From the NCBI RefSeq assembly GCF_022539665.2, contig NC_081332.1, positions 1 to 64,000 on the forward strand: a stretch of DNA of 64,000 nucleotides, read 5' to 3'. This stretch comes from Daphnia carinata. Taxonomy: Eukaryota. Positions 11,039 to 24,360 of the stretch are shown here, one piece after another. A model generated the notes under the pieces. It was not told the origin of the DNA, made no database searches, and saw only the letters and a program-made list of their open reading frames with translations. Position numbers and translations under genes: made by a program. How positions within the stretch are numbered: the first letter of the stretch is position 1; each line of letters starts with the position of its first letter.

Positions 11039-11702
11039 ACATGTACGTTTTTCAGCAAGACTTGAAACACCTGTTTTCCAATACAAAAAGATGATGCCTC
11101 ACACCATGAAGTACACCAGGAGCAGTACCGATTTCAAAATCAGCTAGCTACACCTGTTAGTCTCCAGAAATGGCATTGCGGCTCATGAATTTGGATATTT
11201 TGAAGGAGAGATGTGCTGATAGTTTGGAAAATAAATAAAGTAAACGAATGTTTTCGTGTAAAATCGGACTGAAAAATAAGCCCGACAAAATAAGCCCGAC
11301 TTTTCGGGATTGTTTTTTTCTTTCACAGACATATATAAAACAATATGAACTAGATCTCAAATTAAACGAGAAAACACGAAAATCAAATTTACTTTTAGAT
11401 TGGGCTTATAGTTTTTCAAATAAATGGGAAAAAGGAATGACACATTTTTTGAGGGATGTCTTCAAGAAGCAATACGAAAGGTACGTTTTCTCGGTTTGTT
11501 TCCGGTTTCATTTAAACAAACTATTAATAATTGATTTACTTATACATTTTTACTCTGTCCTTGGTAGAAGCCTAATTACAAAGTTGACAAATGGCGTCCA
11601 ACTGACTTTTCTCACATTATCAAAAGGGTTGAATAATGTTCAAGGACGTTTCTTCCAGTCCTGCATAGCCGTTGAATTACCTTTCCCCCTTGGACATTAC
11701 AT

Positions 11703-11776
11703 GCCTTTGTGGCGCAATTGGCTAGCGCGTTCGGCTGTTAACCGGAAGGCTGGTGGTTCGATCCCACCCAGGGGCG
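11703..11776 (+). tRNA. tRNA-Asn(GTT), copy 9
   Basis: Same as copy 1. Confidence 0.92.
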
Positions 11777-12169
11777 AAGGCCATGTTTTTAACGATTTTT
11801 CGTTTCCAAAGAGATGCTTCCAGTTTTTTAAAAACCTCCCTCGCTTTCAAGTATACGTCTTTGGCTAGTCGTCAGTGGTGAACAAACTTGGTGACTCTTC
11901 ACAAAAACATATTATGGTACCATTGCTTAGTTTTAATAACTTACTCTACAGTCATTGATAATTAATACAACTAGTGGTTTCACCGACAAGCCGATGGCGT
12001 TCCACTTGGGTAAACCCCGAAGAATCTTCAGCGTGTGAGGCTGACGTGATAACCGCTACACTATGAGGACACGTTTGTCTACCAAAGCACTCATTTCGAA
12101 AACAGATTTTAAAGCCATTACGACAAAAAGGTTGCAATTTACGAGCTAGCACGAGGTTTACTAGCGTCT

Positions 12170-12242
12170 TGTTCCCACCCAGGATCGAACTGAGGACCTT
12201 CAGCGTGTTAGGCCGACGTGATAACCACTACACTATGGGAAC
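12170..12242 (-). tRNA. tRNA-Val(AAC), copy 10
   Basis: Same as copy 1. Confidence 0.92.
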
Positions 12243-12297
12243 TGAACCTCGCATATCGTTTTCAATTTATGGGAACAACTTTTATTTAGAACATTGC

Positions 12298-12370
12298 CGC
12301 CCAACGTTGGGCTCGAACCCACGACCCTGAGATTAACAGTCTCATGCTCTACCGACTGAGCTAGCCAGGC
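12298..12370 (-). tRNA. Lys-body tRNA(GTT), copy 10
   Basis: Same as copy 1. Confidence 0.9.
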
Positions 12371-13034
12371 ACATGTACGTTTTTCAGCAAGACTTGAAAC
12401 ACCTGTTTTCCAATACAAAAAGATGATGCCTCACACCATGAAGTACACCAGGAGCAGTACCGATTTCAAAATCAGCTAGCTACACCTGTTAGTCTCCAGA
12501 AATGGCATTGCGGCTCATGAATTTGGATATTTTGAAGGAGAGATGTGCTGATAGTTTGGAAAATAAATAAAGTAAACGAATGTTTTCGTGTAAAATCGGA
12601 CTGAAAAATAAGCCCGACAAAATAAGCCCGACTTTTCGGGATTGTTTTTTTCTTTCACAGACATATATAAAACAATATGAACTAGATCTCAAATTAAACG
12701 AGAAAACACGAAAATCAAATTTACTTTTAGATTGGGCTTATAGTTTTTCAAATAAATGGGAAAAAGGAATGACACATTTTTTGAGGGATGTCTTCAAGAA
12801 GCAATACGAAAGGTACGTTTTCTCGGTTTGTTTCCGGTTTCATTTAAACAAACTATTAATAATTGATTTACTTATACATTTTTACTCTGTCCTTGGTAGA
12901 AGCCTAATTACAAAGTTGACAAATGGCGTCCAACTGACTTTTCTCACATTATCAAAAGGGTTGAATAATGTTCAAGGACGTTTCTTCCAGTCCTGCATAG
13001 CCGTTGAATTACCTTTCCCCCTTGGACATTACAT

Positions 13035-13108
13035 GCCTTTGTGGCGCAATTGGCTAGCGCGTTCGGCTGTTAACCGGAAGGCTGGTGGTTCGATCCCACC
13101 CAGGGGCG
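13035..13108 (+). tRNA. tRNA-Asn(GTT), copy 10
   Basis: Same as copy 1. Confidence 0.92.
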
Positions 13109-13501
13109 AAGGCCATGTTTTTAACGATTTTTCGTTTCCAAAGAGATGCTTCCAGTTTTTTAAAAACCTCCCTCGCTTTCAAGTATACGTCTTTGGCTAG
13201 TCGTCAGTGGTGAACAAACTTGGTGACTCTTCACAAAAACATATTATGGTACCATTGCTTAGTTTTAATAACTTACTCTACAGTCATTGATAATTAATAC
13301 AACTAGTGGTTTCACCGACAAGCCGATGGCGTTCCACTTGGGTAAACCCCGAAGAATCTTCAGCGTGTGAGGCTGACGTGATAACCGCTACACTATGAGG
13401 ACACGTTTGTCTACCAAAGCACTCATTTCGAAAACAGATTTTAAAGCCATTACGACAAAATGGTTGCAATTTACGAGCTAGCACGAGGTTTACTAGCGTC
13501 T

Positions 13502-13574
13502 TGTTCCCACCCAGGATCGAACTGAGGACCTTCAGCGTGTTAGGCCGACGTGATAACCACTACACTATGGGAAC
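13502..13574 (-). tRNA. tRNA-Val(AAC), copy 11
   Basis: Same as copy 1. Confidence 0.92.
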
Positions 13575-13629
13575 TGAACCTCGCATATCGTTTTCAATTT
13601 ATGGGAACAACTTTTATTTAGAACATTGC

Positions 13630-13702
13630 CGCCCAACGTTGGGCTCGAACCCACGACCCTGAGATTAACAGTCTCATGCTCTACCGACTGAGCTAGCCAG
13701 GC
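13630..13702 (-). tRNA. Lys-body tRNA(GTT), copy 11
   Basis: Same as copy 1. Confidence 0.9.
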
Positions 13703-14366
13703 ACATGTACGTTTTTCAGCAAGACTTGAAACACCTGTTTTCCAATACAAAAAGATGATGCCTCACACCATGAAGTACACCAGGAGCAGTACCGATTTCA
13801 AAATCAGCTAGCTACACCTGTTAGTCTCCAGAAATGGCATTGCGGCTCATGAATTTGGATATTTTGAAGGAGAGATGTGCTGATAGTTTGGAAAATAAAT
13901 AAAGTAAACGAATGTTTTCGTGTAAAATCGGACTGAAAAATAAGCCCGACAAAATAAGCCCGACTTTTCGGGATTGTTTTTTTCTTTCACAGACATATAT
14001 AAAACAATATGAACTAGATCTCAAATTAAACGAGAAAACACGAAAATCAAATTTACTTTTAGATTGGGCTTATAGTTTTTCAAATAAATGGGAAAAAGGA
14101 ATGACACATTTTTTGAGGGATGTCTTCAAGAAGCAATACGAAAGGTACGTTTTCTCGGTTTGTTTCCGGTTTCATTTAAACAAACTATTAATAATTGATT
14201 TACTTATACATTTTTACTCTGTCCTTGGTAGAAGCCTAATTACAAAGTTGACAAATGGCGTCCAACTGACTTTTCTCACATTATCAAAAGGGTTGAATAA
14301 TGTTCAAGGACGTTTCTTCCAGTCCTGCATAGCCGTTGAATTACCTTTCCCCCTTGGACATTACAT

Positions 14367-14440
14367 GCCTTTGTGGCGCAATTGGCTAGCGCGTTCGGCT
14401 GTTAACCGGAAGGCTGGTGGTTCGAGCCCACCCAGGGGCG
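14367..14440 (+). tRNA. tRNA-Asn(GTT), copy 11
   Basis: As copy 1 but T-loop TTCGAGC. Confidence 0.92.
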
Positions 14441-14834
14441 AAGGCCATGTTTTTAACGATTTTTCGTTTCCAAAGAGATGCTTCCAGTTTTTTAAAAAAC
14501 CTCCCTCGCTTTCAAGTATACGTCTTTGGCTAGTCGTCAGTGGTGAACAAACTTGGTGACTCTTCACAAAAACATATTATGGTACCATTGCTTAGTTTTA
14601 ATAACTTACTCTACAGTCATTGATAATTAATACAACTAGTGGTTTCACCGACAAGCCGATGGCGTTCCACTTGGGTAAACCCCGAAGAATCTTCAGCGTG
14701 TGAGGCTGACGTGATAACCGCTACACTATGAGGACACGTTTGTCTACCAAAGCACTCATTTCGAAAACAGATTTTAAAGCCATTACGACAAAATGGTTGC
14801 AATTTACGAGCTAGCACGAGGTTTACTAGCGTCT

Positions 14835-14907
14835 TGTTCCCACCCAGGATCGAACTGAGGACCTTCAGCGTGTTAGGCCGACGTGATAACCACTACACTA
14901 TGGGAAC
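14835..14907 (-). tRNA. tRNA-Val(AAC), copy 12
   Basis: Same as copy 1. Confidence 0.92.
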
Positions 14908-14962
14908 TGAACCTCGCATATCGTTTTCAATTTATGGGAACAACTTTTATTTAGAACATTGC

Positions 14963-15035
14963 CGCCCAACGTTGGGCTCGAACCCACGACCCTGAGATTA
15001 ACAGTCTCATGCTCTACCGACTGAGCTAGCCAGGC
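14963..15035 (-). tRNA. Lys-body tRNA(GTT), copy 12
   Basis: Same as copy 1. Confidence 0.9.
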
Positions 15036-15699
15036 ACATGTACGTTTTTCAGCAAGACTTGAAACACCTGTTTTCCAATACAAAAAGATGATGCCTCACA
15101 CCATGAAGTACACCAGGAGCAGTACCGATTTCAAAATCAGCTAGCTACACCTGTTAGTCTCCAGAAATGGCATTGCGGCTCATGAATTTGGATATTTTGA
15201 AGGAGAGATGTGCTGATAGTTTGGAAAATAAATAAAGTAAACGAATGTTTTCGTGTAAAATCGGACTGAAAAATAAGCCCGACAAAATAAGCCCGACTTT
15301 TCGGGATTGTTTTTTTCTTTCACAGACATATATAAAACAATATGAACTAGATCTCAAATTAAACGAGAAAACACGAAAATCAAATTTACTTTTAGATTGG
15401 GCTTATAGTTTTTCAAATAAATGGGAAAAAGGAATGACACATTTTTTGAGGGATGTCTTCAAGAAGCAATACGAAAGGTACGTTTTCTCGGTTTGTTTCC
15501 GGTTTCATTTAAACAAACTATTAATAATTGATTTACTTATACATTTTTACTCTGTCCTTGGTAGAAGCCTAATTACAAAGTTGACAAATGGCGTCCAACT
15601 GACTTTTCTCACATTATCAAAAGGGTTGAATAATGTTCAAGGACGTTTCTTCCAGTCCTGCATAGCCGTTGAATTACCTTTCCCCCTTGGACATTACAT

Positions 15700-15773
15700 G
15701 CCTTTGTGGCGCAATTGGCTAGCGCGTTCGGCTGTTAACCGGAAGGCTGGTGGTTCGATCCCACCCAGGGGCG
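15700..15773 (+). tRNA. tRNA-Asn(GTT), copy 12
   Basis: Same as copy 1. Confidence 0.92.
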
Positions 15774-16167
15774 AAGGCCATGTTTTTAACGATTTTTCGT
15801 TTCCAAAGAGATGCTTCCAGTTTTTTAAAAAACCTCCCTCGCTTTCAAGTATACGTCTTTGGCTAGTCGTCAGTGGTGAACAAACTTGGTGACTCTTCAC
15901 AAAAACATATTATGGTACCATTGCTTAGTTTTAATAACTTACTCTACAGTCATTGATAATTAATACAACTAGTGGTTTCACCGACAAGCCGATGGCGTTC
16001 CACTTGGGTAAACCCCGAAGAATCTTCAGCGTGTGAGGCTGACGTGATAACCGCTACACTATGAGGACACGTTTGTCTACCAAAGCACTCATTTCGAAAA
16101 CAGATTTTAAAGCCATTACGACAAAATGGTTGCAATTTACGAGCTAGCACGAGGTTTACTAGCGTCT

Positions 16168-16240
16168 TGTTCCCACCCAGGATCGAACTGAGGACCTTCA
16201 GCGTGTTAGGCCGACGTGATAACCACTACACTATGGGAAC
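16168..16240 (-). tRNA. tRNA-Val(AAC), copy 13
   Basis: Same as copy 1. Confidence 0.92.
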
Positions 16241-16295
16241 TGAACCTCGCATATCGTTTTCAATTTATGGGAACAACTTTTATTTAGAACATTGC

Positions 16296-16368
16296 CGCCC
16301 AACGTTGGGCTCGAACCCACGACCCTGAGATTAACAGTCTCATGCTCTACCGACTGAGCTAGCCAGGC
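16296..16368 (-). tRNA. Lys-body tRNA(GTT), copy 13
   Basis: Same as copy 1. Confidence 0.9.
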
Positions 16369-17032
16369 ACATGTACGATTTTCAGCAAGACTTGAAACAC
16401 CTGTTTTCCAATACAAAAAGATGATGCCTCACACCATGAAGTACACCAGGAGCAGTACCGATTTCAAAATCAGCTAGCTACACCTGTTAGTCTCCAGAAA
16501 TGGCATTGCGGCTCATGAATTTGGATATTTTGAAGGAGAGATGTGCTGATAGTTTGGAAAATAAATAAAGTAAACGAATGTTTTCGTGTAAAATCGGACT
16601 GAAAAATAAGCCCGACAAAATAAGCCCGACTTTTCGGGATTGTTTTTTTCTTTCACAGACATATATAAAACAATATGAACTAGATCTCAAATTAAACGAG
16701 AAAACACGAAAATCAAATTTACTTTTAGATTGGGCTTATAGTTTTTCAAATAAATGGGAAAAAGGAATGACACATTTTTTGAGGGATGTCTTCAAGAAGC
16801 AATACGAAAGGTACGTTTTCTCGGTTTGTTTCCGGTTTCATTTAAACAAACTATTAATAATTGATTTACTTATACATTTTTACTCTGTCCTTGGTAGAAG
16901 CCTAATTACAAAGTTGACAAATGGCGTCCAACTGACTTTTCTCACATTATCAAAAGGGTTGAATAATGTTCAAGGACGTTTCTTCCAGTCCTGCATAGCC
17001 GTTGAATTACCTTTCCCCCTTGGACATTACAT

Positions 17033-17106
17033 GCCTTTGTGGCGCAATTGGCTAGCGCGTTCGGCTGTTAACCGGAAGGCTGGTGGTTCGATCCCACCCA
17101 GGGGCG
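17033..17106 (+). tRNA. tRNA-Asn(GTT), copy 13
   Basis: Same as copy 1. Confidence 0.92.
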
Positions 17107-17500
17107 AAGGCCATGTTTTTAACGATTTTTCGTTTCCAAAGAGATGCTTCCAGTTTTTTAAAAAGCCTCCCTCGCTTTCAAGTATACGTCTTTGGCTAGT
17201 CGTCAGTGGTGAACAAACTTGGTGACTCTTCACAAAAACATATTATGGTACCATTGCTTAGTTTTAATAACTTACTCTACAGTCATTGATAATTAATACA
17301 ACTAGTGGTTTCACCGACAAGCCGATGGCGTTCCACTTGGGTAAACCCCGAAGAATCTTCAGCGTGTGAGGCTGACGTGATAACCGCTACACTATGAGGA
17401 CACGTTTGTCTACCAAAGCACTCATTTCGAAAACAGATTTTAAAGCCATTACGACAAAATGGTTGCAATTTACGAGCTAGCACGAGGTTTACTAGCGTCT

Positions 17501-17573
17501 TGTTCCCACCCAGGATCGAACTGAGGACCTTCAGCGTGTTAGGCCGACGTGATAACCACTACACTATGGGAAC
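17501..17573 (-). tRNA. tRNA-Val(AAC), copy 14
   Basis: Same as copy 1. Confidence 0.92.
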
Positions 17574-17628
17574 TGAACCTCGCATATCGTTTTCAATTTA
17601 TGGGAACAACTTTTATTTAGAACATTGC

Positions 17629-17701
17629 CGCCCAACGTTGGGCTCGAACCCACGACCCTGAGATTAACAGTCTCATGCTCTACCGACTGAGCTAGCCAGG
17701 C
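17629..17701 (-). tRNA. Lys-body tRNA(GTT), copy 14
   Basis: Same as copy 1. Confidence 0.9.
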
Positions 17702-18365
17702 ACATGTACGTTTTTCAGCAAGACTTGAAACACCTGTTTTCCAATACAAAAAGATGATGCCTCACACCATGAAGTACACCAGGAGCAGTACCGATTTCAA
17801 AATCAGCTAGCTACACCTGTTAGTCTCCAGAAATGGCATTGCGGCTCATGAATTTGGATATTTTGAAGGAGAGATGTGCTGATAGTTTGGAAAATAAATA
17901 AAGTAAACGAATGTTTTCGTGTAAAATCGGACTGAAAAATAAGCCCGACAAAATAAGCCCGACTTTTCGGGATTGTTTTTTTCTTTCACAGACATATATA
18001 AAACAATATGAACTAGATCTCAAATTAAACGAGAAAACACGAAAATCAAATTTACTTTTAGATTGGGCTTATAGTTTTTCAAATAAATGGGAAAAAGGAA
18101 TGACACATTTTTTGAGGGATGTCTTCAAGAAGCAATACGAAAGGTACGTTTTCTCGGTTTGTTTCCGGTTTCATTTAAACAAACTATTAATAATTGATTT
18201 ACTTATACATTTTTACTCTGTCCTTGGTAGAAGCCTAATTACAAAGTTGACAAATGGCGTCCAACTGACTTTTCTCACATTATCAAAAGGGTTGAATAAT
18301 GTTCAAGGACGTTTCTTCCAGTCCTGCATAGCCGTTGAATTACCTTTCCCCCTTGGACATTACAT

Positions 18366-18439
18366 GCCTTTGTGGCGCAATTGGCTAGCGCGTTCGGCTG
18401 TTAACCGGAAGGCTGGTGGTTCGAGCCCACCCAGGGGCG
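18366..18439 (+). tRNA. tRNA-Asn(GTT), copy 14
   Basis: As copy 1 but T-loop TTCGAGC. Confidence 0.92.
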
Positions 18440-18833
18440 AAGGCCATGTTTTTAACGATTTTTCGTTTCCAAAGAGATGCTTCCAGTTTTTTAAAAAACC
18501 TCCCTCGCTTTCAAGTATACGTCTTTGGCTAGTCGTCAGTGGTGAACAAACTTGGTGACTCTTCACAAAAACATATTATGGTACCATTGCTTAGTTTTAA
18601 TAACTTACTCTACAGTCATTGATAATTAATACAACTAGTGGTTTCACCGACAAGCCGATGGCGTTCCACTTGGGTAAACCCCGAAGAATCTTCAGCGTGT
18701 GAGGCTGACGTGATAACCGCTACACTATGAGGACACGTTTGTCTACCAAAGCACTCATTTCGAAAACAGATTTTAAAGCCATTACGACAAAATGGTTGCA
18801 ATTTACGAGCTAGCACGAGGTTTACTAGCGTCT

Positions 18834-18906
18834 TGTTCCCACCCAGGATCGAACTGAGGACCTTCAGCGTGTTAGGCCGACGTGATAACCACTACACTAT
18901 GGGAAC
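18834..18906 (-). tRNA. tRNA-Val(AAC), copy 15
   Basis: Same as copy 1. Confidence 0.92.
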
Positions 18907-18961
18907 TGAACCTCGCATATCGTTTTCAATTTATGGGAACAACTTTTATTTAGAACATTGC

Positions 18962-19034
18962 CGCCCAACGTTGGGCTCGAACCCACGACCCTGAGATTAA
19001 CAGTCTCATGCTCTACCGACTGAGCTAGCCAGGC
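18962..19034 (-). tRNA. Lys-body tRNA(GTT), copy 15
   Basis: Same as copy 1. Confidence 0.9.
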
Positions 19035-19697
19035 ACATGTACGTTTTTCAGCAAGACTTGAAACACCTGTTTTCCAATACAAAAAGATGATGCCTCACAC
19101 CATGAAGTACACCAGGAGCAGTACCGATTTCAAAATCAGCTAGCTACACCTGTTAGTCTCCAGAAATGGCATTGCGGCTCATGAATTTGGATATTTTGAA
19201 GGAGAGATGTGTTGATAGTTTGGAAAATAAATAAAGTAAACGAATGTTTTCGTGTAAAATCGGACTGAAAAATAAGCCCGACAAAATAAGCCCGACTTTT
19301 CGGGATTGTTTTTTTCTTTCACAGACATATATAAAACAATATGAACTAGATCTCAAATTAAACGAGAAAACACGAAAATCAAATTTACTTTTAGATTGGG
19401 CTTATAGTTTTTCAAATAAATGGGAAAAAGGAATGACACATTTTTTGAGGGATGTCTTCAAGAAGCAATACGAAAGGTACGTTTTCTCGGTTTGTTTCCG
19501 GTTTCATTTAAACAAACTATTAATAATTGATTTACTTATACATTTTTACTCTGTCCTTGGTAGAAGCCTAATTACAAAGTTGACAAATGGCGTCCAACTG
19601 ACTTTTCTCACATTATCAAAAGGGTTGAATAATGTTCAAGGACGTTTCTTCCAGTCCTGCATAGCCGTTGAATTACCTTTCCCCTTGGACATTACAT

Positions 19698-19771
19698 GCC
19701 TTTGTGGCGCAATTGGCTAGCGCGTTCGGCTGTTAACCGGAAGGCTGGTGGTTCGATCCCACCCAGGGGCG
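19698..19771 (+). tRNA. tRNA-Asn(GTT), copy 15
   Basis: Same as copy 1. Confidence 0.92.
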
Positions 19772-20165
19772 AAGGCCATGTTTTTAACGATTTTTCGTTT
19801 CCAAAGAGATGCTTCCAGTTTTTTAAAATACCTCCCTCGCTTTCAAGTATACGTCTTTGGCTAGTCGTCAGTGGTGAACAAACTTGGTGACTCTTCACAA
19901 AAACATATTATGGTACCATTGCTTAGTTTTAATAACTTACTCTACAGTCATTGATAATTAATACAACTAGTGGTTTCACCGACAAGCCGATGGCGTTCCA
20001 CTTGGGTAAACCCCGAAGAATCTTCAGCGTGTGAGGCTGACGTGATAACCGCTACACTATGAGGACACGTTTGTCTACCAAAGCACTCATTTCGAAAACA
20101 GATTTTAAAGCCATTACGACAAAATGGTTGCAATTTACGAGCTAGCACGAGGTTTACTAGCGTCT

Positions 20166-20238
20166 TGTTCCCACCCAGGATCGAACTGAGGACCTTCAGC
20201 GTGTTAGGCCGACGTGATAACCACTACACTATGGGAAC
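20166..20238 (-). tRNA. tRNA-Val(AAC), copy 16
   Basis: Same as copy 1. Confidence 0.92.
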
Positions 20239-20293
20239 TGAACCTCGCATATCGTTTTCAATTTATGGGAACAACTTTTATTTAGAACATTGC

Positions 20294-20366
20294 CGCCCAA
20301 CGTTGGGCTCGAACCCACGACCCTGAGATTAACAGTCTCATGCTCTACCGACTGAGCTAGCCAGGC
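20294..20366 (-). tRNA. Lys-body tRNA(GTT), copy 16
   Basis: Same as copy 1. Confidence 0.9.
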
Positions 20367-21030
20367 ACATGTACGTTTTTCAGCAAGACTTGAAACACCT
20401 GTTTTCCAATACAAAAAGATGATGCCTCACACCATGAAGTACACCAGGAGCAGTACCGATTTCAAAATCAGCTAGCTACACCTGTTAGTCTCCAGAAATG
20501 GCATTGCGGCTCATGAATTTGGATATTTTGAAGGAGAGATGTGCTGATAGTTTGGAAAATAAATAAAGTAAACGAATGTTTTCGTGTAAAATCGGACTGA
20601 AAAATAAGCCCGACAAAATAAGCCCGACTTTTCGGGATTGTTTTTTTCTTTCACAGACATATATAAAACAATATGAACTAGATCTCAAATTAAACGAGAA
20701 AACACGAAAATCAAATTTACTTTTAGATTGGGCTTATAGTTTTTCAAATAAATGGGAAAAAGGAATGACACATTTTTTGAGGGATGTCTTCAAGAAGCAA
20801 TACGAAAGGTACGTTTTCTCGGTTTGTTTCCGGTTTCATTTAAACAAACTATTAATAATTGATTTACTTATACATTTTTACTCTGTCCTTGGTAGAAGCC
20901 TAATTACAAAGTTGACAAATGGCGTCCAACTGACTTTTCTCACATTATCAAAAGGGTTGAATAATGTTCAAGGACGTTTCTTCCAGTCCTGCATAGCCGT
21001 TGAATTACCTTTCCCCCTTGGACATTACAT

Positions 21031-21104
21031 GCCTTTGTGGCGCAATTGGCTAGCGCGTTCGGCTGTTAACCGGAAGGCTGGTGGTTCGATCCCACCCAGG
21101 GGCG
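21031..21104 (+). tRNA. tRNA-Asn(GTT), copy 16
   Basis: Same as copy 1. Confidence 0.92.
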
Positions 21105-21497
21105 AAGGCCATGTTTTTAACGATTTTTCGTTTCCAAAGAGATGCTTCCAGTTTTTTAAAAACCTCCCTCGCTTTCAAGTATACGTCTTTGGCTAGTCGT
21201 CAGTGGTGAACAAACTTGGTGACTCTTCACAAAAACATATTATGGTACCATTGCTTAGTTTTAATAACTTACTCTACAGTCATTGATAATTAATACAACT
21301 AGTGGTTTCACCGACAAGCCGATGGCGTTCCACTTGGGTAAACCCCGAAGAATCTTCAGCGTGTGAGGCTGACGTGATAACCGCTACACTATGAGGACAC
21401 GTTTGTCTACCAAAGCACTCATTTCGAAAACAGATTTTAAAGCCATTACGACAAAATGGTTGCAATTTACGAGCTAGCACGAGGTTTACTAGCGTCT

Positions 21498-21570
21498 TGT
21501 TCCCACCCAGGATCGAACTGAGGACCTTCAGCGTGTTAGGCCGACGTGATAACCACTACACTATGGGAAC
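21498..21570 (-). tRNA. tRNA-Val(AAC), copy 17
   Basis: Same as copy 1. Confidence 0.92.
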
Positions 21571-21625
21571 TGAACCTCGCATATCGTTTTCAATTTATGG
21601 GAACAACTTTTATTTAGAACATTGC

Positions 21626-21698
21626 CGCCCAACGTTGGGCTCGAACCCACGACCCTGAGATTAACAGTCTCATGCTCTACCGACTGAGCTAGCCAGGC
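21626..21698 (-). tRNA. Lys-body tRNA(GTT), copy 17
   Basis: Same as copy 1. Confidence 0.9.
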
Positions 21699-22360
21699 AC
21701 ATGTACGTTTTTCAGCAAGACTTGAAACACCTGTTTTCCAATACAAAAAGATGATGCCTCACACCATGAAGTACACCAGGAGCAGTACCGATTTCAAAAT
21801 CAGCTAGCTACACCTGTTAGTCTCCAGAAATGGCATTGCGGCTCATGAATTTGGATATTTTGAAGGAGAGATGTGCTGATAGTTTGGAAAATAAATAAAG
21901 TAAACGAATGTTTTCGTGTAAAATCGGACTGAAAAATAAGCCCGACAAAATAAGCCCGACTTTTCGGGATTGTTTTTTTCTTTCACAGACATATATAAAA
22001 CAATATGAACTAGATCTCAAATTAAACGAGAAAACACGAAAATCAAATTTACTTTTAGATTGGGCTTATAGTTTTTCAAATAAATGGGAAAAAGGAATGA
22101 CACATTTTTTGAGGGATGTCTTCAAGAAGCAATACGAAAGGTACGTTTTCTCGGTTTGTTTCCGGTTTCATTTAAACAAACTATTAATAATTGATTTACT
22201 TATACATTTTTACTCTGTCCTTGGTAGAAGCCTAATTACAAAGTTGACAAATGGCGTCCAACTGACTTTTCTCACATTATCAAAAGGGTTGAATAATGTT
22301 CAAGGACGTTTCTTCCAGTCCTGCATAGCCGTTGAATTACCTTTCCCCTGGACATTACAT

Positions 22361-22434
22361 GCCTTTGTGGCGCAATTGGCTAGCGCGTTCGGCTGTTAAC
22401 CGGAAGGCTGGTGGTTCGATCCCACCCAGGGGCG
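22361..22434 (+). tRNA. tRNA-Asn(GTT), copy 17
   Basis: Same as copy 1. Confidence 0.92.
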
Positions 22435-22827
22435 AAGGCCATGTTTTTAACGATTTTTCGTTTCCAAAGAGATGCTTCCAGTTTTTTAAAAACCTCCCTC
22501 GCTTTCAAGTATACGTCTTTGGCTAGTCGTCAGTGGTGAACAAACTTGGTGACTCTTCACAAAAACATATTATGGTACCATTGCTTAGTTTTAATAACTT
22601 ACTCTACAGTCATTGATAATTAATACAACTAGTGGTTTCACCGACAAGCCGATGGCGTTCCACTTGGGTAAACCCCGAAGAATCTTCAGCGTGTGAGGCT
22701 GACGTGATAACCGCTACACTATGAGGACACGTTTGTCTACCAAAGCACTCATTTCGAAAACAGATTTTAAAGCCATTACGACAAAATGGTTGCAATTTAC
22801 GAGCTAGCACGAGGTTTACTAGCGTCT

Positions 22828-22900
22828 TGTTCCCACCCAGGATCGAACTGAGGACCTTCAGCGTGTTAGGCCGACGTGATAACCACTACACTATGGGAAC
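22828..22900 (-). tRNA. tRNA-Val(AAC), copy 18
   Basis: Same as copy 1. Confidence 0.92.
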
Positions 22901-22955
22901 TGAACCTCGCATATCGTTTTCAATTTATGGGAACAACTTTTATTTAGAACATTGC

Positions 22956-23028
22956 CGCCCAACGTTGGGCTCGAACCCACGACCCTGAGATTAACAGTCT
23001 CATGCTCTACCGACTGAGCTAGCCAGGC
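22956..23028 (-). tRNA. Lys-body tRNA(GTT), copy 18
   Basis: Same as copy 1. Confidence 0.9.
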
Positions 23029-23692
23029 ACATGTACGATTTTCAGCAAGACTTGAAACACCTGTTTTCCAATACAAAAAGATGATGCCTCACACCATGAA
23101 GTACACCAGGAGCAGTACCGATTTCAAAATCAGCTAGCTACACCTGTGAGTCTCCAGAAATGGCATTGCGGCTCATGAATTTGGATATTTTGAAGGAGAG
23201 ATGTGCTGATAGTTTGGAAAATAAATAAAGTAAACGAATGTTTTCGTGTAAAATCGGACTGAAAAATAAGCCCGACAAAATAAGCCCGACTTTTCGGGAT
23301 TGTTTTTTTCTTTCACAGACATATATAAAACAATATGAACTAGATCTCAAATTAAACGAGAAAACACGAAAATCAAATTTACTTTTAGATTGGGCTTATA
23401 GTTTTTCAAATAAATGGGAAAAAGGAATGACACATTTTTTGAGGGATGTCTTCAAGAAGCAATACGAAAGGTACGTTTTCTCGGTTTGTTTCCGGTTTCA
23501 TTTAAACAAACTATTAATAATTGATTTACTTATACATTTTTACTCTGTCCTTGGTAGAAGCCTAATTACAAAGTTGACAAATGGCGTCCAACTGACTTTT
23601 CTCACATTATCAAAAGGGTTGAATAATGTTCAAGGACGTTTCTTCCAGTCCTGCATAGCCGTTGAATTACCTTTCCCCCTTGGACATTACAT

Positions 23693-23766
23693 GCCTTTGT
23701 GGCGCAATTGGCTAGCGCGTTCGGCTGTTAACCGGAAGGCTGGTGGTTCGATCCCACCCAGGGGCG
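23693..23766 (+). tRNA. tRNA-Asn(GTT), copy 18
   Basis: Same as copy 1. Confidence 0.92.
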
Positions 23767-24159
23767 AAGGCCATGTTTTTAACGATTTTTCGTTTCCAAA
23801 GAGATGCTTCCAGTTTTTTAAAAACCTCCCTCGCTTTCAAGTATACGTCTTTGGCTAGTCGTCAGTGGTGAACAAACTTGGTGACTCTTCACAAAAACAT
23901 ATTATGGTACCATTGCTTAGTTTTAATAACTTACTCTACAGTCATTGATAATTAATACAACTAGTGGTTTCACCGACAAGCCGATGGCGTTCCACTTGGG
24001 TAAACCCCGAAGAATCTTCAGCGTGTGAGGCTGACGTGATAACCGCTACACTATGAGGACACGTTTGTCTACCAAAGCACTCATTTCGAAAACAGATTTT
24101 AAAGCCATTACGACAAAATGGTTGCAATTTACGAGCTAGCACGAGGTTTACTAGCGTCT

Positions 24160-24232
24160 TGTTCCCACCCAGGATCGAACTGAGGACCTTCAGCGTGTTA
24201 GGCCGACGTGATAACCACTACACTATGGGAAC
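24160..24232 (-). tRNA. tRNA-Val(AAC), copy 19
   Basis: Same as copy 1. Confidence 0.92.
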
Positions 24233-24287
24233 TGAACCTCGCATATCGTTTTCAATTTATGGGAACAACTTTTATTTAGAACATTGC

Positions 24288-24360
24288 CGCCCAACGTTGG
24301 GCTCGAACCCACGACCCTGAGATTAACAGTCTCATGCTCTACCGACTGAGCTAGCCAGGC
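24288..24360 (-). tRNA. Lys-body tRNA(GTT), copy 19
   Basis: Same as copy 1. Confidence 0.9.
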